From an uncultured Armatimonadia bacterium (GTDB lineage Bacteria; Armatimonadota; Zipacnadia; CAVVLO01): a DNA stretch of 64,000 bases. The stretch is from the NCBI GenBank assembly GCA_963749155.1, contig CAVVLO010000003.1:64001-128000 (forward strand). Reading direction: 5' to 3'. This document shows positions 38,468-49,267 of this stretch, one piece after another (position 1 is the first letter of the stretch; each line of letters begins with the position of its first letter). Below the pieces are notes generated by a model. The model saw only the letters and a list, made by a program, of their open reading frames with translations, was not told the origin of the DNA and did not search any database. Position numbers and translations under genes: made by a program.

Positions 38468-38582
38468 ACTGATATTCTCCTTGGCTTGAGTTAGGCCAAA
38501 CTTCGCGCTGCCGACTCGCTTCCCTGCGTCGGCAGGAGGACGCCCTTGCCCGTGCAATATGCGTTGAGTCCAAAGCTGGGAG

Positions 38583-39713
38583 ATGCTGATGACTTCACGA
38601 GAACGCTTGCTGGCTGCGCTCAGGGGCCAGCTGCCTGACCGAGTACCTGTCTGTTGCAGCGAACTGCAGGCTTACAATCCCTATTCCTGGGAGAACCAGG
38701 AGCCCTCTTTTGCGCCGCTGATGGCTTTTATCAAGCAGCACTGCGATGCCGTGCTTACTCTTGGCTGCCCCTGGTACAGCCTGGGCGAGGGGCAGGTCGA
38801 ACAGACGACCTGGGAGGAGGGCGACTGGCATCACGCGCGCCTTGTCTACCACTCTCCCCTCGGCGACCTGACCCAGCAGCAGCTCTGGAAGCCCTCTCAG
38901 AAGACCATCTGGACGACCGAGCATATGCTCAAAACGCCCGACGACATCGCAAAATACCTGGCCCTGGACTTCCACCTTAACGAGCCGGACCTTTCGGTTC
39001 ATCTTGAATTACGCGAGGCCCTCGGCGAGGCCGGCCTCCTGATGCTTGGGCTGCCTGATCCGGTTTGCCTTGCGGCCGAAGCCTTCGATATGTGCGATTT
39101 CCTCCAGTATTACCTGACCGACCAGGCCGAAGTGCTGCGGCTGATGGACGCCCTGGGAGAACGCGTGCTCGAACAGGTCAAACTTGTCTGCAAGGCGGGA
39201 CGCGCCGCGCTTGGAGAGGCCTGGGGCGAAGTGCTGCTTGGCATCTACGGGCCAGAATACGTCACTCCGCCCTATATGGCGCCGGCGCATTTCTCGCGCC
39301 TGGTGACTTGCTACATCAAAGCCCTTGGAGAGGTCATCCACGCCTCGGGGGCGATGCTGCGCGTCCATTCCCACGGCAAGGTTGCCCAGGTACTTGATGA
39401 TTTGGTCCATACCGGGATGGATGCCCTCGATCCGATTGAGCCTCCGCCCGATGGTGATATCGAACTGGCCACGGCAAAACGCCTGATAGGCGGCCAGGTC
39501 TGCCTTTTCGGTAATCTCCAGGTACGCCTGATGGACCATGGCACCCAGGATGAAGTGCGTCAGGCTGTCACCGCCTGTATGCGCGATGCGAAAGCGGGTG
39601 GACGCTATGTGATAATGCCCACCGCCGCGCCTATCGACGTGCCTCTCAGCCCCCAGACCGAGGCCAATTACTACGCCTTCATCGAGACTGCCCTCGAACT
39701 TGGCGTTTACTGA
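38583..39713 (+). CDS. Uroporphyrinogen decarboxylase (URO-D/MtaA-CmuA) family protein
   Basis: MTSRERLLAAL.G..PDRVP, GPEYVTPP, HSHG, DPIEPPP.GD, CLFGN, GGRYVIMPTA. Confidence 0.85.
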   Translation: MLMTSRERLLAALRGQLPDRVPVCCSELQAYNPYSWENQEPSFAPLMAFIKQHCDAVLTLGCPWYSLGEGQVEQTTWEEGDWHHARLVYHSPLGDLTQQQLWKPSQKTIWTTEHMLKTPDDIAKYLALDFHLNEPDLSVHLELREALGEAGLLMLGLPDPVCLAAEAFDMCDFLQYYLTDQAEVLRLMDALGERVLEQVKLVCKAGRAALGEAWGEVLLGIYGPEYVTPPYMAPAHFSRLVTCYIKALGEVIHASGAMLRVHSHGKVAQVLDDLVHTGMDALDPIEPPPDGDIELATAKRLIGGQVCLFGNLQVRLMDHGTQDEVRQAVTACMRDAKAGGRYVIMPTAAPIDVPLSPQTEANYYAFIETALELGVY

Positions 39714-39772
39714 GGGCAGGAAAGCCGCAGTTATTGTGCAACTTTAGCCAATCACCATTTGGAGGGGCCTGG

Positions 39773-40897
39773 ATGACCTCACGAGAACGCTTGCTTGCAG
39801 TGTTGAAGGGTGAGTTACCGGATCGTGTGCCGATTAGCACTTATGAACTACAACCCCAGAGTACCGCTTCCTGGGAGAACCACGAACCTTCGTATGCTCC
39901 ACTGATGGCTTTTATCGAGCAGCACTGCGACACGATGATGTTCGCCGGCACGGCGGGTTGGCGGTTCGCCGAAGGGCAGACCGAAGTCGAGACCTGGACC
40001 GAGGGTGACTGGACTCACCACCGCACCCTTTTGCACTCTCCCCTGGGCGATCTGACCACGCATCACGCCAGCAAAGCCGATGTGGTGACCACCTGGACGC
40101 TGGAACACGCGCTCAAGACGCCTGATGACATAGACAAGTATCTGGCCCTCGATTTCCAGCTTGGCGATGTTGATATGAGCGGCTTCTTCGCGGAGCAGGA
40201 CCGGCTGGGCGAGGCTGGTATCCTGCTGCCTGGAGTTGCCGACCCCGTCTGCATCGCGGCTGAAGCCTTCGAGATGAGCCAGTTTTTACTTTACTCCATC
40301 ACCGACACGGACAAGATGCTCTACTTCCTCGATGCCCTGGGCGAACGCCTGATTGAACAGCTCAGGCTGGTGTGCGAGGCGGGCAAGCAATCACGCGGAG
40401 AACGCTTCGGCGAGGTGCTTTTCCGCCTGTGCGGGCCCGAGTATGTCACGCCACCTTACCTGTCGCCGAAATACTTCAATCGCTTCGTGACCCGCTATGT
40501 GAAGCCGATGGCCGACCTCATCCACGAGGCCGGCGCGATGATGCGCTACCATAGCCACGGGAAGATACGCCAGGTGCTGGATGAGATTATGGCCACTGAA
40601 CCTGATGGGATTGACCCGCTGGAAGGCCCGCCCGATGGCGATATCGACCTTGCAGAGTTGAAGCGCCTTATAGGCGATCGGACCTGCCTTTTCGGTAATC
40701 TCCAGCTCAAGCTGCTGGAACACGGCACGCCTCAGCAGGTGCGCGAGACCGTTATCCAGTGTATGCAGGACGCCAAGGAAGGCGGCCGCTACGTCATAAT
40801 GCCGACCGCCGCGCCCATCAACATCCCGCTTGCGCCCCAGACCGACACCAACTATCGCGTATTTATCGAGACCGCACTCGAATACGGAGGCTACTAA
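39773..40897 (+). CDS. URO-D family protein, tandem paralogue
   Basis: ATG 39773 after GGAGG; same motifs as the preceding gene (PDRVP, GPEYVTPP, HSHG, CLFGN). Confidence 0.85.
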   Translation: MTSRERLLAVLKGELPDRVPISTYELQPQSTASWENHEPSYAPLMAFIEQHCDTMMFAGTAGWRFAEGQTEVETWTEGDWTHHRTLLHSPLGDLTTHHASKADVVTTWTLEHALKTPDDIDKYLALDFQLGDVDMSGFFAEQDRLGEAGILLPGVADPVCIAAEAFEMSQFLLYSITDTDKMLYFLDALGERLIEQLRLVCEAGKQSRGERFGEVLFRLCGPEYVTPPYLSPKYFNRFVTRYVKPMADLIHEAGAMMRYHSHGKIRQVLDEIMATEPDGIDPLEGPPDGDIDLAELKRLIGDRTCLFGNLQLKLLEHGTPQQVRETVIQCMQDAKEGGRYVIMPTAAPINIPLAPQTDTNYRVFIETALEYGGY

Positions 40898-40899
40898 CG

Positions 40900-41994
40900 A
40901 TGTACGAGCGCCCAGACCTGCCGATCGCCGACAATAAGAATCCGCGCCTGAAGAACTGGCTTAAGGCCGTCTATTTTGACTCACCAGAGTGGATCCCCTT
41001 CTCGGTGGGCATTTTGCCAGCGGCCTGGATGAAGCGCCGCGAGAGCCTCGAGGATGTGCTGCTCGCCCATCCGAAGACTTATCCGAACTTCGAGAAGGGC
41101 AAGACTGACTTTGACGCACTGCCTGGGCATCCGCTCTACCGCCTGGGCCGCCACACCGATTCCTGGGGCATCACCTGGGAGAACATCGAGCCGGGGATGG
41201 ACAGCATCCCTGTCGAGCATCCCCTTGAAAACTGGGATGATTTCGAGGCCTGGAAGGCCACCGCGCCCGATGCCAACACGACCAATGACTGGGGGCCCCA
41301 GCCCGACTGGGAGCAACTCGCCAAACACTTCGAGGCCGTGAAAGCGGAGGGCAGGCTTTGCGTTGGTGGAGTCACCCACGGCTCGGTCTATATGCGCCAA
41401 TATTATCTGCGCGAGTTCGTCAACTATATGATGGACGTGGGCTCCGATGACCCGCGCCTCGACGAGCTGGTCGAGATAATTCTCGAATACAACCTGACCA
41501 CGGTCAGGCGCTATCTCGACGCCGGGATGGAGTTTATGTTTTTTGCCGACGACCTGGGGATGCAGCATGCCCTGCCGATGAGCCCTGCCAAATGGCGCAA
41601 GTATGTCGGCCGGTGCTACAAAATCTTGATAGGCGAGTGTCGCAGGCGCCAGTGCGGGACCTTCCTGCATTCGGACGGGCGCATCGTCGAGATAATCCCG
41701 GACCTGGCCGATTATGGCCTCAATGTCATCAACGCCCAGTATCGCGCCAACTCGCTGGAGGGTCTGGTCGACGTCGCCAAGGGGCGCCTTTGCGTTCACC
41801 TCGACCTGGACAGGCAGCTCTTCCCCTTCGCCACGCCCGCGCAGCTCAGGGAACATGTCCTCACCTGTGTTGCGGCGATGGATGACCCTCGCGGAGGCCT
41901 CACGTTATCGTGCGAGATAGGCCCCGATGTGAATCCGGAGAACGTGGACGCGTTGCTCTCAGTGCTTGAAGAGGTGGGTGGACCGTGGATGTAA
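40900..41994 (+). CDS. URO-D family protein (divergent)
   Basis: ATG 40900 after GGAGG; DSWG.TW, HPLENWD, ADDLGMQ, MSPAKWR, HSDG, DLDRQLFP. Confidence 0.8.
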   Translation: MYERPDLPIADNKNPRLKNWLKAVYFDSPEWIPFSVGILPAAWMKRRESLEDVLLAHPKTYPNFEKGKTDFDALPGHPLYRLGRHTDSWGITWENIEPGMDSIPVEHPLENWDDFEAWKATAPDANTTNDWGPQPDWEQLAKHFEAVKAEGRLCVGGVTHGSVYMRQYYLREFVNYMMDVGSDDPRLDELVEIILEYNLTTVRRYLDAGMEFMFFADDLGMQHALPMSPAKWRKYVGRCYKILIGECRRRQCGTFLHSDGRIVEIIPDLADYGLNVINAQYRANSLEGLVDVAKGRLCVHLDLDRQLFPFATPAQLREHVLTCVAAMDDPRGGLTLSCEIGPDVNPENVDALLSVLEEVGGPWM

Positions 41995-44900
41995 GACTGG
42001 CCCTTCTGGTTGCCATACTGCTGCTACTCGCTGGCTTGGCTTTCGCCGCGCCCAGGGAGTTGCTCTCCAACGGCGACCTGGCGCAGGGGCTGACCGGCTG
42101 GAGCCAGAACCACACCTGGTACGAGAACCCACCAGGCTCTGGCCTTTCCGAGATAACGCTTGAAGAGGGCGCCGGGCCTGAGGGCGAAAACGCCATACGG
42201 ATCACCGGTCACGACAACCGGGGCATCACGATGCAGGTCTTCCCCATCGGCCCGGGTACCTATCTGGCCAGCGGCTGGCTGAAGTGCGAGGGGATGGGCG
42301 ACCAGACGGCTTCGATACTGGCCGAATACATCGACGCCTCTGGAAAATGGCTGCGCGGCGACACTATCGGCTCTGTGAAGGGCGATTCGGACTGGCTACG
42401 CGTGGAGGCAGAACTCACGCCGCCGCTCGAGGCGCGCAGTCTGCATCTGGACTTGCTCACTAGCGGCCCTAACACCGGCAGCGCCTGGTTCGCAAAGCTA
42501 TCCCTGGCCGATGTGACACCGCTTGGAGAACCGCCTTCTCCGCTGGACTGGCAGGTAGACGAAACTTCTGGTGGAGAAGGCACTCTGGCCCTCACCTGGT
42601 CGCCGGAGGCTCTTCCTGCCTCTACCTGGCGGATGGTGGTCTACGTCGAGGAGAAGCCTTTCACCAGCCTGAAAGGCCTTGTGCCCAGGCTCAGAAGCGA
42701 CCTGCTGGTTCCTCCCCTGCAAATTGGCGGGTTGAAACCAGGCAAGTCCTATCATGTAGCGCTAATGCCGATTGACTTTCGCGGCCAGCGCCCTGAAGAA
42801 CTCCGAGTGCAAAAGGTGACAGTTATGGACAGAAGTGGCCCCGCCGCTCCACTTGCCTGGAGCAGTCCAATTATCTCTTCCACTGGCGCAGTCTGGCTGC
42901 ACTGGCAACCGCTGCCCACCGCCGAAGACGCCGCCGAATGGATTATCCGGCGCGTAGATGAAGAGCGACCCAGGCAGCTTGCCAAACTTGCGGCTGACGT
43001 TACCGAATACGCCGCGCTGAATCTCGGCTCGGGCCCGAAGCTTCTTGAGGTCGTCCCTGTAGATGCCGCTGGCAACGAAGGCGCGTCCGCAGTCATAAAG
43101 GTGGACATCCCGGTCGCCGAGGCTGGCGAAGGCTCTGTCTCGGGCCTTGTGCTACAGGATGGCAAGCCGGCAAGGGCTGATGTAGTCGTGTTGGGGCAGC
43201 CTCTCGCGCCGTCCCGGGGTGGCGTTGCCGATGAAAGCGGGCAGTTCAGCTTCAGCACCCAAATCAGAGAACCGCTGCTGCTGGCCGCGCGCAGCAAGGA
43301 CCTCACGGGCCCACCGATGTGGGTCGTCCCGGGTGAGCCAGGTCCCAGCATCACCCTCAACCTGCCTTCCTCGAAGCCGTGGCGTCTGTGGACCTTGCCG
43401 CCGACCGCGCAGGTCTTCCAGGACACTCCCGCACCCATGGCGAGTGACTTCCAGCCTGTGCTTCAAGGCACGCGCGACGGTACTGAAGGCTTCCAGTTCG
43501 CAATCCGCCCGGACGCCGATCTGCACAACGTGCGTTTTGTGGTGCCTGACTTTGCCAACCGGGATACCCAGCAGTTCGTCCCGTTCGACGTCACCTGCAG
43601 CTTCGTGGACTATGTACTGGTAGAGCAGAACAGCAAAGCCACCCCGCCGAACGAGTTGCTGCGCCAGGCCCCTGCAGAGTTTCCTGACAAGCTTTCTGGT
43701 GATGCTTCACGTGACTTGAAGGCCGGCGTTACCCAGCCCGTTTATGTAACGGTGCGTATCCCATCCGGTGCCGATTCCACTCGCTACCGGGGCTGCATCT
43801 GGATGGTAAGCGACGAGGGCTGCCAGCCCGTCGAGTTCGACGTAGATACCTTCCCCGTAGCGCTGGACCCGAACCCGCAACTCAAGTTTGTCTACTGGTA
43901 TAGCTGGAGCGACCTGGCCAAAGAGTTCGACGTCGCGACCGAGAGCCCCGAAGGCTGGCAACTGCTGAGGCATCTCTTCCGCAAGATGAGGGAATACCAC
44001 CAAAACGTCATCGTTGTGCCCAAAGAGCTGGCCGAGGTGTGGATCGAGGACGACGGCAGCGCCATTGCCAACTGGAATCGCTTCGATCGGTACTGCGAGC
44101 TGGCGATTGAAGAGGGCGTCGGAGAGCTGCTCTGCCTGTCGCACTGGGGCGGTCGCACCGACGGCAGGTGGGAATGTCCCACGATGGACTTTGGGCAGTA
44201 TTATGCCACGCGCTCCTCGGATGGCCAGCAGGTGGCTATTACACCCGAGCAGTTCGCGAAGACTATCTACGACCACCTGATAGAGCGCGACTGGCTGGAC
44301 CGGTTCGCTACCCACATCGCCGATGAGCCCATCCCGGTCAACGAGGCCAGCTACAAAGTGATGTCCGAGCGCATCCGGGCCGTCGCGCCGAAGCTCCGCC
44401 AGATGGACGCCATCCACGTGCCTGACCTGGTCGGCTACACCGATATAATGGTGCCGCAGCTCAACTATTTCGAAGAGTGGCTGGACGGCTTTATGGACGC
44501 CCAGGCCAAGGGCCTTGCAGACGCCTGGTTTTACATCGCCTGGGTGCCGCAGGGCGTCTACCCCAACCGGATGATAGACAGCAGCTACATAAAGCCGCGC
44601 GTCCTGCACTGGTACAACTATCTCTACGACACCAAAGGTTATCTGCACTGGGCCCTCAACCAGTGGAGCGTGCCCTTCCTGACCTTCTCGCCGGGCGACA
44701 ACTGGATAGTCTGGCCGAGCAAGACGCGCGTTTTCGACTCCTCTCTGCGTTATGAGGCGCAGAAGTCGAGTCTCGAGGACTGTCAGTTGCTCTTCCAGCT
44801 TGAAGCGGTCCAGCGCCAGATGGCAGAGCAGCTCGGGGTGGAAGACTTCGACGCCAAAGCCCTGCCCAAAGCCATCGCGCATACCATCATCAAAGACTTC

Positions 44901-45203
44901 GCGACCTATGCGCGCGACTGGAGTCAGGTGCAGGAGGCACATCGGTTGTTGCTGGAGAACCTGTGGCTCGCGCAGGTGGGCCCGCCGGTTCTGGTCAGCG
45001 TCCAGCCGACCGAGGAAGGCTTCCTGGTGAAGGTGCAGTCCGAGGCCGACGCAACCCTGACCGTCGCCGGCAGCGACCAGCGTGGCCAGGGCAGCCTCGA
45101 AGTCCTGCTGCCCGCGACGACAACTCTGGTTGAAGCAAGCGCAGCCGTGGACGGCACGACTTCAACCGTGAAGTATCCGGTTATAGGCTTCTCGCCAGAC
45201 TAG
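41985..45203 (+). CDS. Secreted modular protein: CBM4/9-like, FN3-like, DUF4091/GH123-like catalytic region
   Basis: Signal peptide; LLSNGDL...SGWLK...GDSDW...GSAWF; FPDKL, TQPVYVTV, HIADEP, YPNRMID, GYLHWA.N.W, PGD...WP, SLRYE...ED. Confidence 0.75.
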   Translation: MDVRLALLVAILLLLAGLAFAAPRELLSNGDLAQGLTGWSQNHTWYENPPGSGLSEITLEEGAGPEGENAIRITGHDNRGITMQVFPIGPGTYLASGWLKCEGMGDQTASILAEYIDASGKWLRGDTIGSVKGDSDWLRVEAELTPPLEARSLHLDLLTSGPNTGSAWFAKLSLADVTPLGEPPSPLDWQVDETSGGEGTLALTWSPEALPASTWRMVVYVEEKPFTSLKGLVPRLRSDLLVPPLQIGGLKPGKSYHVALMPIDFRGQRPEELRVQKVTVMDRSGPAAPLAWSSPIISSTGAVWLHWQPLPTAEDAAEWIIRRVDEERPRQLAKLAADVTEYAALNLGSGPKLLEVVPVDAAGNEGASAVIKVDIPVAEAGEGSVSGLVLQDGKPARADVVVLGQPLAPSRGGVADESGQFSFSTQIREPLLLAARSKDLTGPPMWVVPGEPGPSITLNLPSSKPWRLWTLPPTAQVFQDTPAPMASDFQPVLQGTRDGTEGFQFAIRPDADLHNVRFVVPDFANRDTQQFVPFDVTCSFVDYVLVEQNSKATPPNELLRQAPAEFPDKLSGDASRDLKAGVTQPVYVTVRIPSGADSTRYRGCIWMVSDEGCQPVEFDVDTFPVALDPNPQLKFVYWYSWSDLAKEFDVATESPEGWQLLRHLFRKMREYHQNVIVVPKELAEVWIEDDGSAIANWNRFDRYCELAIEEGVGELLCLSHWGGRTDGRWECPTMDFGQYYATRSSDGQQVAITPEQFAKTIYDHLIERDWLDRFATHIADEPIPVNEASYKVMSERIRAVAPKLRQMDAIHVPDLVGYTDIMVPQLNYFEEWLDGFMDAQAKGLADAWFYIAWVPQGVYPNRMIDSSYIKPRVLHWYNYLYDTKGYLHWALNQWSVPFLTFSPGDNWIVWPSKTRVFDSSLRYEAQKSSLEDCQLLFQLEAVQRQMAEQLGVEDFDAKALPKAIAHTIIKDFATYARDWSQVQEAHRLLLENLWLAQVGPPVLVSVQPTEEGFLVKVQSEADATLTVAGSDQRGQGSLEVLLPATTTLVEASAAVDGTTSTVKYPVIGFSPD

Positions 45204-46360
45204 TCAGGCTCGGGCACAAGCACGATTGAGGTCTGCTCCTGCAGCCAGCCATAGGGGTCGGCGTCCGGCATCTGCCTGAAGTTGGGCACATGCAGCGGGA
45301 CGCCGCCCTTGAGGATTGACTGCTGCGACACCAGGCCCGGCGCGGTCATATCGAGCGACTCGTAGACGTCGAAGGGTGGCTTGCTGCCCTCCAGCACGGC
45401 CTCGAGGAAGCTGCGGATGACCCAGTAGTCGCTTATGCCGTGCCCGGCCATCGCCTCGGGCACTGGCGCCAGGTATTTCTTAGGCAGGAAGTCCTCTTTC
45501 AGCTCGGCAAGAGGTCGCCAAACTGGCGCTGCAGAGTGTTCTTTCAGCCAGATTCGCGGCGCATCGGTCGGCCCTCGCCCACTTTCGTAGCAGCCTTCGG
45601 TCCCCTGCAGGGTGAAGAGATTGCCTGCCGGCGGGCGGTTGGAGATCAGGTCCAGCCTCAGCTTCACCAACTTGCCGGATTCGGTCTTGCCCAGCGTCAG
45701 GTTGGTGTCTTCCTGGATATATTGAGGCACTGTCCAGCGACCCGAGCCAGCGCAAGAGACCCACTCAATCCGCTCGCCAAGCCACTGGAGGCAAGGCCCC
45801 AGGCTATGCGTGCAATAGGTATTGCCGTCCACCCCGGCCGCCCAGTGGGCGCGCCAGGTAGGCGTGCCATCGGCGTTGGTGAAGAGGAAACGCACCTCGT
45901 GCACATACTCGCCCTCGGCGAAATAGGTCTCTCCGAACAGCCCGCGTTTCACGAGTTCGGTCACCAGCAGGTTATCCTCGAAGAAGCAGGTGTTCTCGGA
46001 GAGCATATATTGCTTGCCCGACTCGCGCACCGCCCGGACCAGCTCGACACACTGGGCCAGGTTTACCGCGCCCGTCACCTCGGAGAGCACATTGGCCCCT
46101 GATCGCAGGGCCTTGGCCGCCATATCGGCCTGATAAGGCATAGGCGCGCCGATGCCTACGATGTCGAGGTCGAGCGCAAGCAACTCTTCGTAGCTTGCCG
46201 GCCGATGTTCCACTCCCAGCGCGTCGGCCAGGCGATTCATCGCCTCGGGATTCACGTCATAATGCGCGACCAGTTCGACATCTCCGCCGAAATCCTTGAA
46301 GCCTGCGCCCATCACAGAGCCACGCCCGGCTCCAACGAAGCCCGCCCTTAGCTTCTTCAT
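45200..46360 (-). CDS. Gfo/Idh/MocA oxidoreductase (GH109-like)
   Basis: GFVGAGRG, VLSEV, YMLSENTCF, GLFGETYFAEGEYVH, YCTHSLGP, GHGISD. Confidence 0.88.
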   Translation of the reverse strand: MKKLRAGFVGAGRGSVMGAGFKDFGGDVELVAHYDVNPEAMNRLADALGVEHRPASYEELLALDLDIVGIGAPMPYQADMAAKALRSGANVLSEVTGAVNLAQCVELVRAVRESGKQYMLSENTCFFEDNLLVTELVKRGLFGETYFAEGEYVHEVRFLFTNADGTPTWRAHWAAGVDGNTYCTHSLGPCLQWLGERIEWVSCAGSGRWTVPQYIQEDTNLTLGKTESGKLVKLRLDLISNRPPAGNLFTLQGTEGCYESGRGPTDAPRIWLKEHSAAPVWRPLAELKEDFLPKKYLAPVPEAMAGHGISDYWVIRSFLEAVLEGSKPPFDVYESLDMTAPGLVSQQSILKGGVPLHVPNFRQMPDADPYGWLQEQTSIVLVPEPD

Positions 46361-46373
46361 TTTTGAGCTCCCC

Positions 46374-47081
46374 CTAGAGCCTGTCTTTGGTCTCCAACAC
46401 TGTCTTGATGACCTTCAGCCGCGCCCAGCGCTTGCAGTTGCCCTCGACCAGAGTCCAGGGCGCCCACGCTGTATGGGTTCTGGCAAACATATCCTCGGCG
46501 GACGCCTGGTAGTCTTTCCATTTGTCCCGGTTGCGCCAGTCATCTTCGGTCAGCTTCCACTGTTTGAAGGGATTGGCCTTGCGCTCTTCGAACCGCTTGA
46601 GCTGCTCGTCCTTGTCTATCTGGATCCAGAACTTGCACAGAATGGTGTAATCGTCAGCCAGAGTCTTCTCAAAGGTGTTTATCTCCTCATAGGCGCGAAG
46701 CCACTCTTCTTTGGTGGCAAACCCTTCGATGCGCTCCACGAGCACTCGGCCATACCAGGACCGGTCGAATATCGCCATACGACCGCGGGCTGGCAGCCTG
46801 TCCCAGAACCGCCAGAGATAGTTGCGAGCCAGTTCGTCGGGCGTCGGCGGACCAATAGGGTGAACGTAAAAGCCGCGCGGGTCCAGGTACCAGGTAAGGC
46901 GTTTTATGGCGCCGCCCTTCCCTCCTGCATCCACTCCCTCGAACACGCAAATGACACTGGCCTTCGACTTGCGCAGTTTACGCTGGTAAGTCATCAGGCC
47001 AAGCGACAGCTCTTCGAGTTGCTGCTCATAGTCTTTCTTCTTCGCGCTTACGCTGAGGTCCAGCTCGTCAAGTCGTCCCAT
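46374..47081 (-). CDS. ppk2: Polyphosphate kinase 2 family protein
   Basis: FEGVDAGGKGGAIKRL, LDPRG, YLWRFW, IFDRSWYGRVLVER, WKLTEDDWRNR. Confidence 0.92.
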   Translation of the reverse strand: MGRLDELDLSVSAKKKDYEQQLEELSLGLMTYQRKLRKSKASVICVFEGVDAGGKGGAIKRLTWYLDPRGFYVHPIGPPTPDELARNYLWRFWDRLPARGRMAIFDRSWYGRVLVERIEGFATKEEWLRAYEEINTFEKTLADDYTILCKFWIQIDKDEQLKRFEERKANPFKQWKLTEDDWRNRDKWKDYQASAEDMFARTHTAWAPWTLVEGNCKRWARLKVIKTVLETKDRL

Positions 47082-47153
47082 TTCTCCTCCTTGAGTAGCT
47101 CTCCTCCTGCTGTTTTCGGCATATATCGACTTCGCCTTTAGGCAGCCTGTCTC

Positions 47154-48159
47154 CTACTGGGACTGGAGGACTTCCAGCATAGCGATTATATTCTCTACCT
47201 TCGCATCAGCGGGTATGGAATGGGCTGGTGCGGCGATATATCCACCCCCACTGCCGATCTCATCTACAAGTCGCCGCACTTCGGCTTTGGTCTCCTCGGG
47301 GGTGGCATACGGCAGTGTCCGCTGGGTGCTGATCCCGCCGTAGAAAGTTCAGCCGGTCGCCGAACTGGCGTTTTACTTCGTAGACATCCATCACTTCGGG
47401 CTGGAAAGGATTGAAGCAATCCACCCCTGCCTCCAGCAGGTCAGGCAGCAATTCCTGGATACGCCCGCAACTGTGGATGAACACCCACTTGCCACGCGCT
47501 TTGGCCGCCTGATACATCGCGCGCGCCCTGGGCAGGATGAACTCACGCCACAGCTTCGGGCCCATCATCACGCCTTGCTGACAGCCCCAGTCATCTCCGA
47601 ATAGCAGAGCGTCTATATCGAGCTGGCAGGCGCGCTCGATTACTTGCATGTTGTATTCGAGGATGCGCTCCATCAAGCGGTGGACGAAGCGCGGCTCTGC
47701 GACCATCCCGCCCAGCACCTGTTCCATCCCAGCCAGGCCCCAGGACCGCTCGAACAGGCTGAACCCCAGGCTCGCGACGATGAACTGGTCCCCTTTGGCT
47801 GCCACTAGCGCCTCGAAGGCGCGCCAGATGGTCGGATTGGCCGGATCGGGAAACTCGAATTCCTCCACCTTGGCTGGTGTTACCTGGCGATTGGTTATGA
47901 TGCCGATATCTTTGTCAATCGTTCTATCGAAGACCATCCCGAAATGGTCTCGCACAATTGTCGGCGTAAGCCACTGCCAGTCAGGCTTTGGGTGGCAAGT
48001 CTGAACGATGAAACAGTTGCCAAGCTTGCTCTCGAAATCTGCATCCCCAAGATACTTGGCCATTTTTTCAGCGGCAGGTATGGTAAATTGCACGTTGTAG
48101 GGACACTTGTCTGGCTGCCTGTGGTTCAAAGCCGCCGATACTCGTTCTCGGTTGGTCAT
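47154..48159 (-). CDS. URO-D family protein (one apparent frameshift ~47345)
   Basis: MTNRERV..A..H..PD, SLFERSW, GDDWGCQ, HSCG, NPFQPE; after removing one T: FYGGISTQRTLPYATPEE...GGGYIAAPAHSIP..., TAG at 47154-47156. Confidence 0.85.
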
Positions 48160-48302
48160 CGCGCGGCGCTCTCCCGGTTAAAGACTGCCGCTAGTTTCCG
48201 TAGTGGCCCTCGTCTTCCTGCCAGGCCTCTTGCCAGGTGGGGCAGGAGAACTGCCTTCGCTGCCGAAAACTGGAAAAAGTACTGCTTCAAGGAGGCCTTG
48301 GT

Positions 48303-49253
48303 ATGCAAGATTCGACTCGTAATAAAGTGGTTATCATCGGCGCCGGGACAATTGGCTCGACTTACGCCTATACCCTTATGCTCACCGGTACCGCTTACGA
48401 GCTTGTGTTTATTGATGTGAACCGGGAACTTGCCGAAGGCAATGTGATGGACCTGCAGCATGGCGCCTATTTTGTGCCCCCCGTAAACATACGCGCCGGT
48501 GATTACAGTGACTGTGCCGATGCCGATATCGTGCTCATCGCCGCCGGTAGCAAGCAGCGCCCGGGTCAGACGCGCCTCGAACTTGCCAGTACCAACTCGT
48601 ATCTCGTGCGCGATATCGTGCGCCAGATAACCCGCTATACCAGCGATGCCATACTGCTGGTGGTCACCAATCCCGTCGATGTGATGACCTGGGTCGCGCT
48701 GAAGGAATCTGGTTACCGTAAAGAACGGGTCATCGGTTCGGGCACTTTGCTGGATTCGGCGAGGCTGCGATATTTCCTGAGCGATGAGTGTGGTGTGGAC
48801 GCGCGCAATATCCACGGCCAGGTGATTGGTGAACACGGCGACACCGAGGTCATCGCCTGGAGCCTTACTCACATTGCCGGTGTAGATGTCGATTCCTTCC
48901 GTGACCAGTGCAAACCCGGTACTGGCCAGGAGTCTCATCAAAGCGCTCTGGCCGCCAAAGTCAAAGACAGCGCGTACCATGTCATCGAGTCCAAAGGCTT
49001 CACGAACTATGCTGTGTCACTCGCTTTGCAGCGGATCACCACTTCCATCCTGCGCGATGAGCGCAGCGTGCTGACTGTTTCGACTTACCTTGAGGGCGAG
49101 TATGGCCTCGAAGATGTCTGCCTCAGCGTCCCAGTGCTGGTGGGCAGGCACGGCGCCGAGCGAGTCATCATCGCTGACCTGGCCCAGGAAGAGCTGGAAG
49201 GCCTGCGCGCTTCTGGCGCCAAGCTGAGGAAACTGCTTGAAGGACTGCCCTGA
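48303..49253 (+). CDS. ldh: L-lactate dehydrogenase
   Basis: ATG 48303 after AAGGAGG; IIGAGTIG, QRPGQTRL, TNPVD, GSGTLLDSARLR, GEHGD, KGFTNY. Confidence 0.93.
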   Translation: MQDSTRNKVVIIGAGTIGSTYAYTLMLTGTAYELVFIDVNRELAEGNVMDLQHGAYFVPPVNIRAGDYSDCADADIVLIAAGSKQRPGQTRLELASTNSYLVRDIVRQITRYTSDAILLVVTNPVDVMTWVALKESGYRKERVIGSGTLLDSARLRYFLSDECGVDARNIHGQVIGEHGDTEVIAWSLTHIAGVDVDSFRDQCKPGTGQESHQSALAAKVKDSAYHVIESKGFTNYAVSLALQRITTSILRDERSVLTVSTYLEGEYGLEDVCLSVPVLVGRHGAERVIIADLAQEELEGLRASGAKLRKLLEGLP

Positions 49254-49267
49254 GGGAGGAGTACCTG

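Noticed and set aside
38552..38564. 13-nt match (GTGCAATATGCGT) to the sigma-54 site at 17675-17687
   Set aside because: It lacks the -24 GG (reads TCAACG instead of TGGCACG), so it is not an RpoN promoter. A single short match may be chance.
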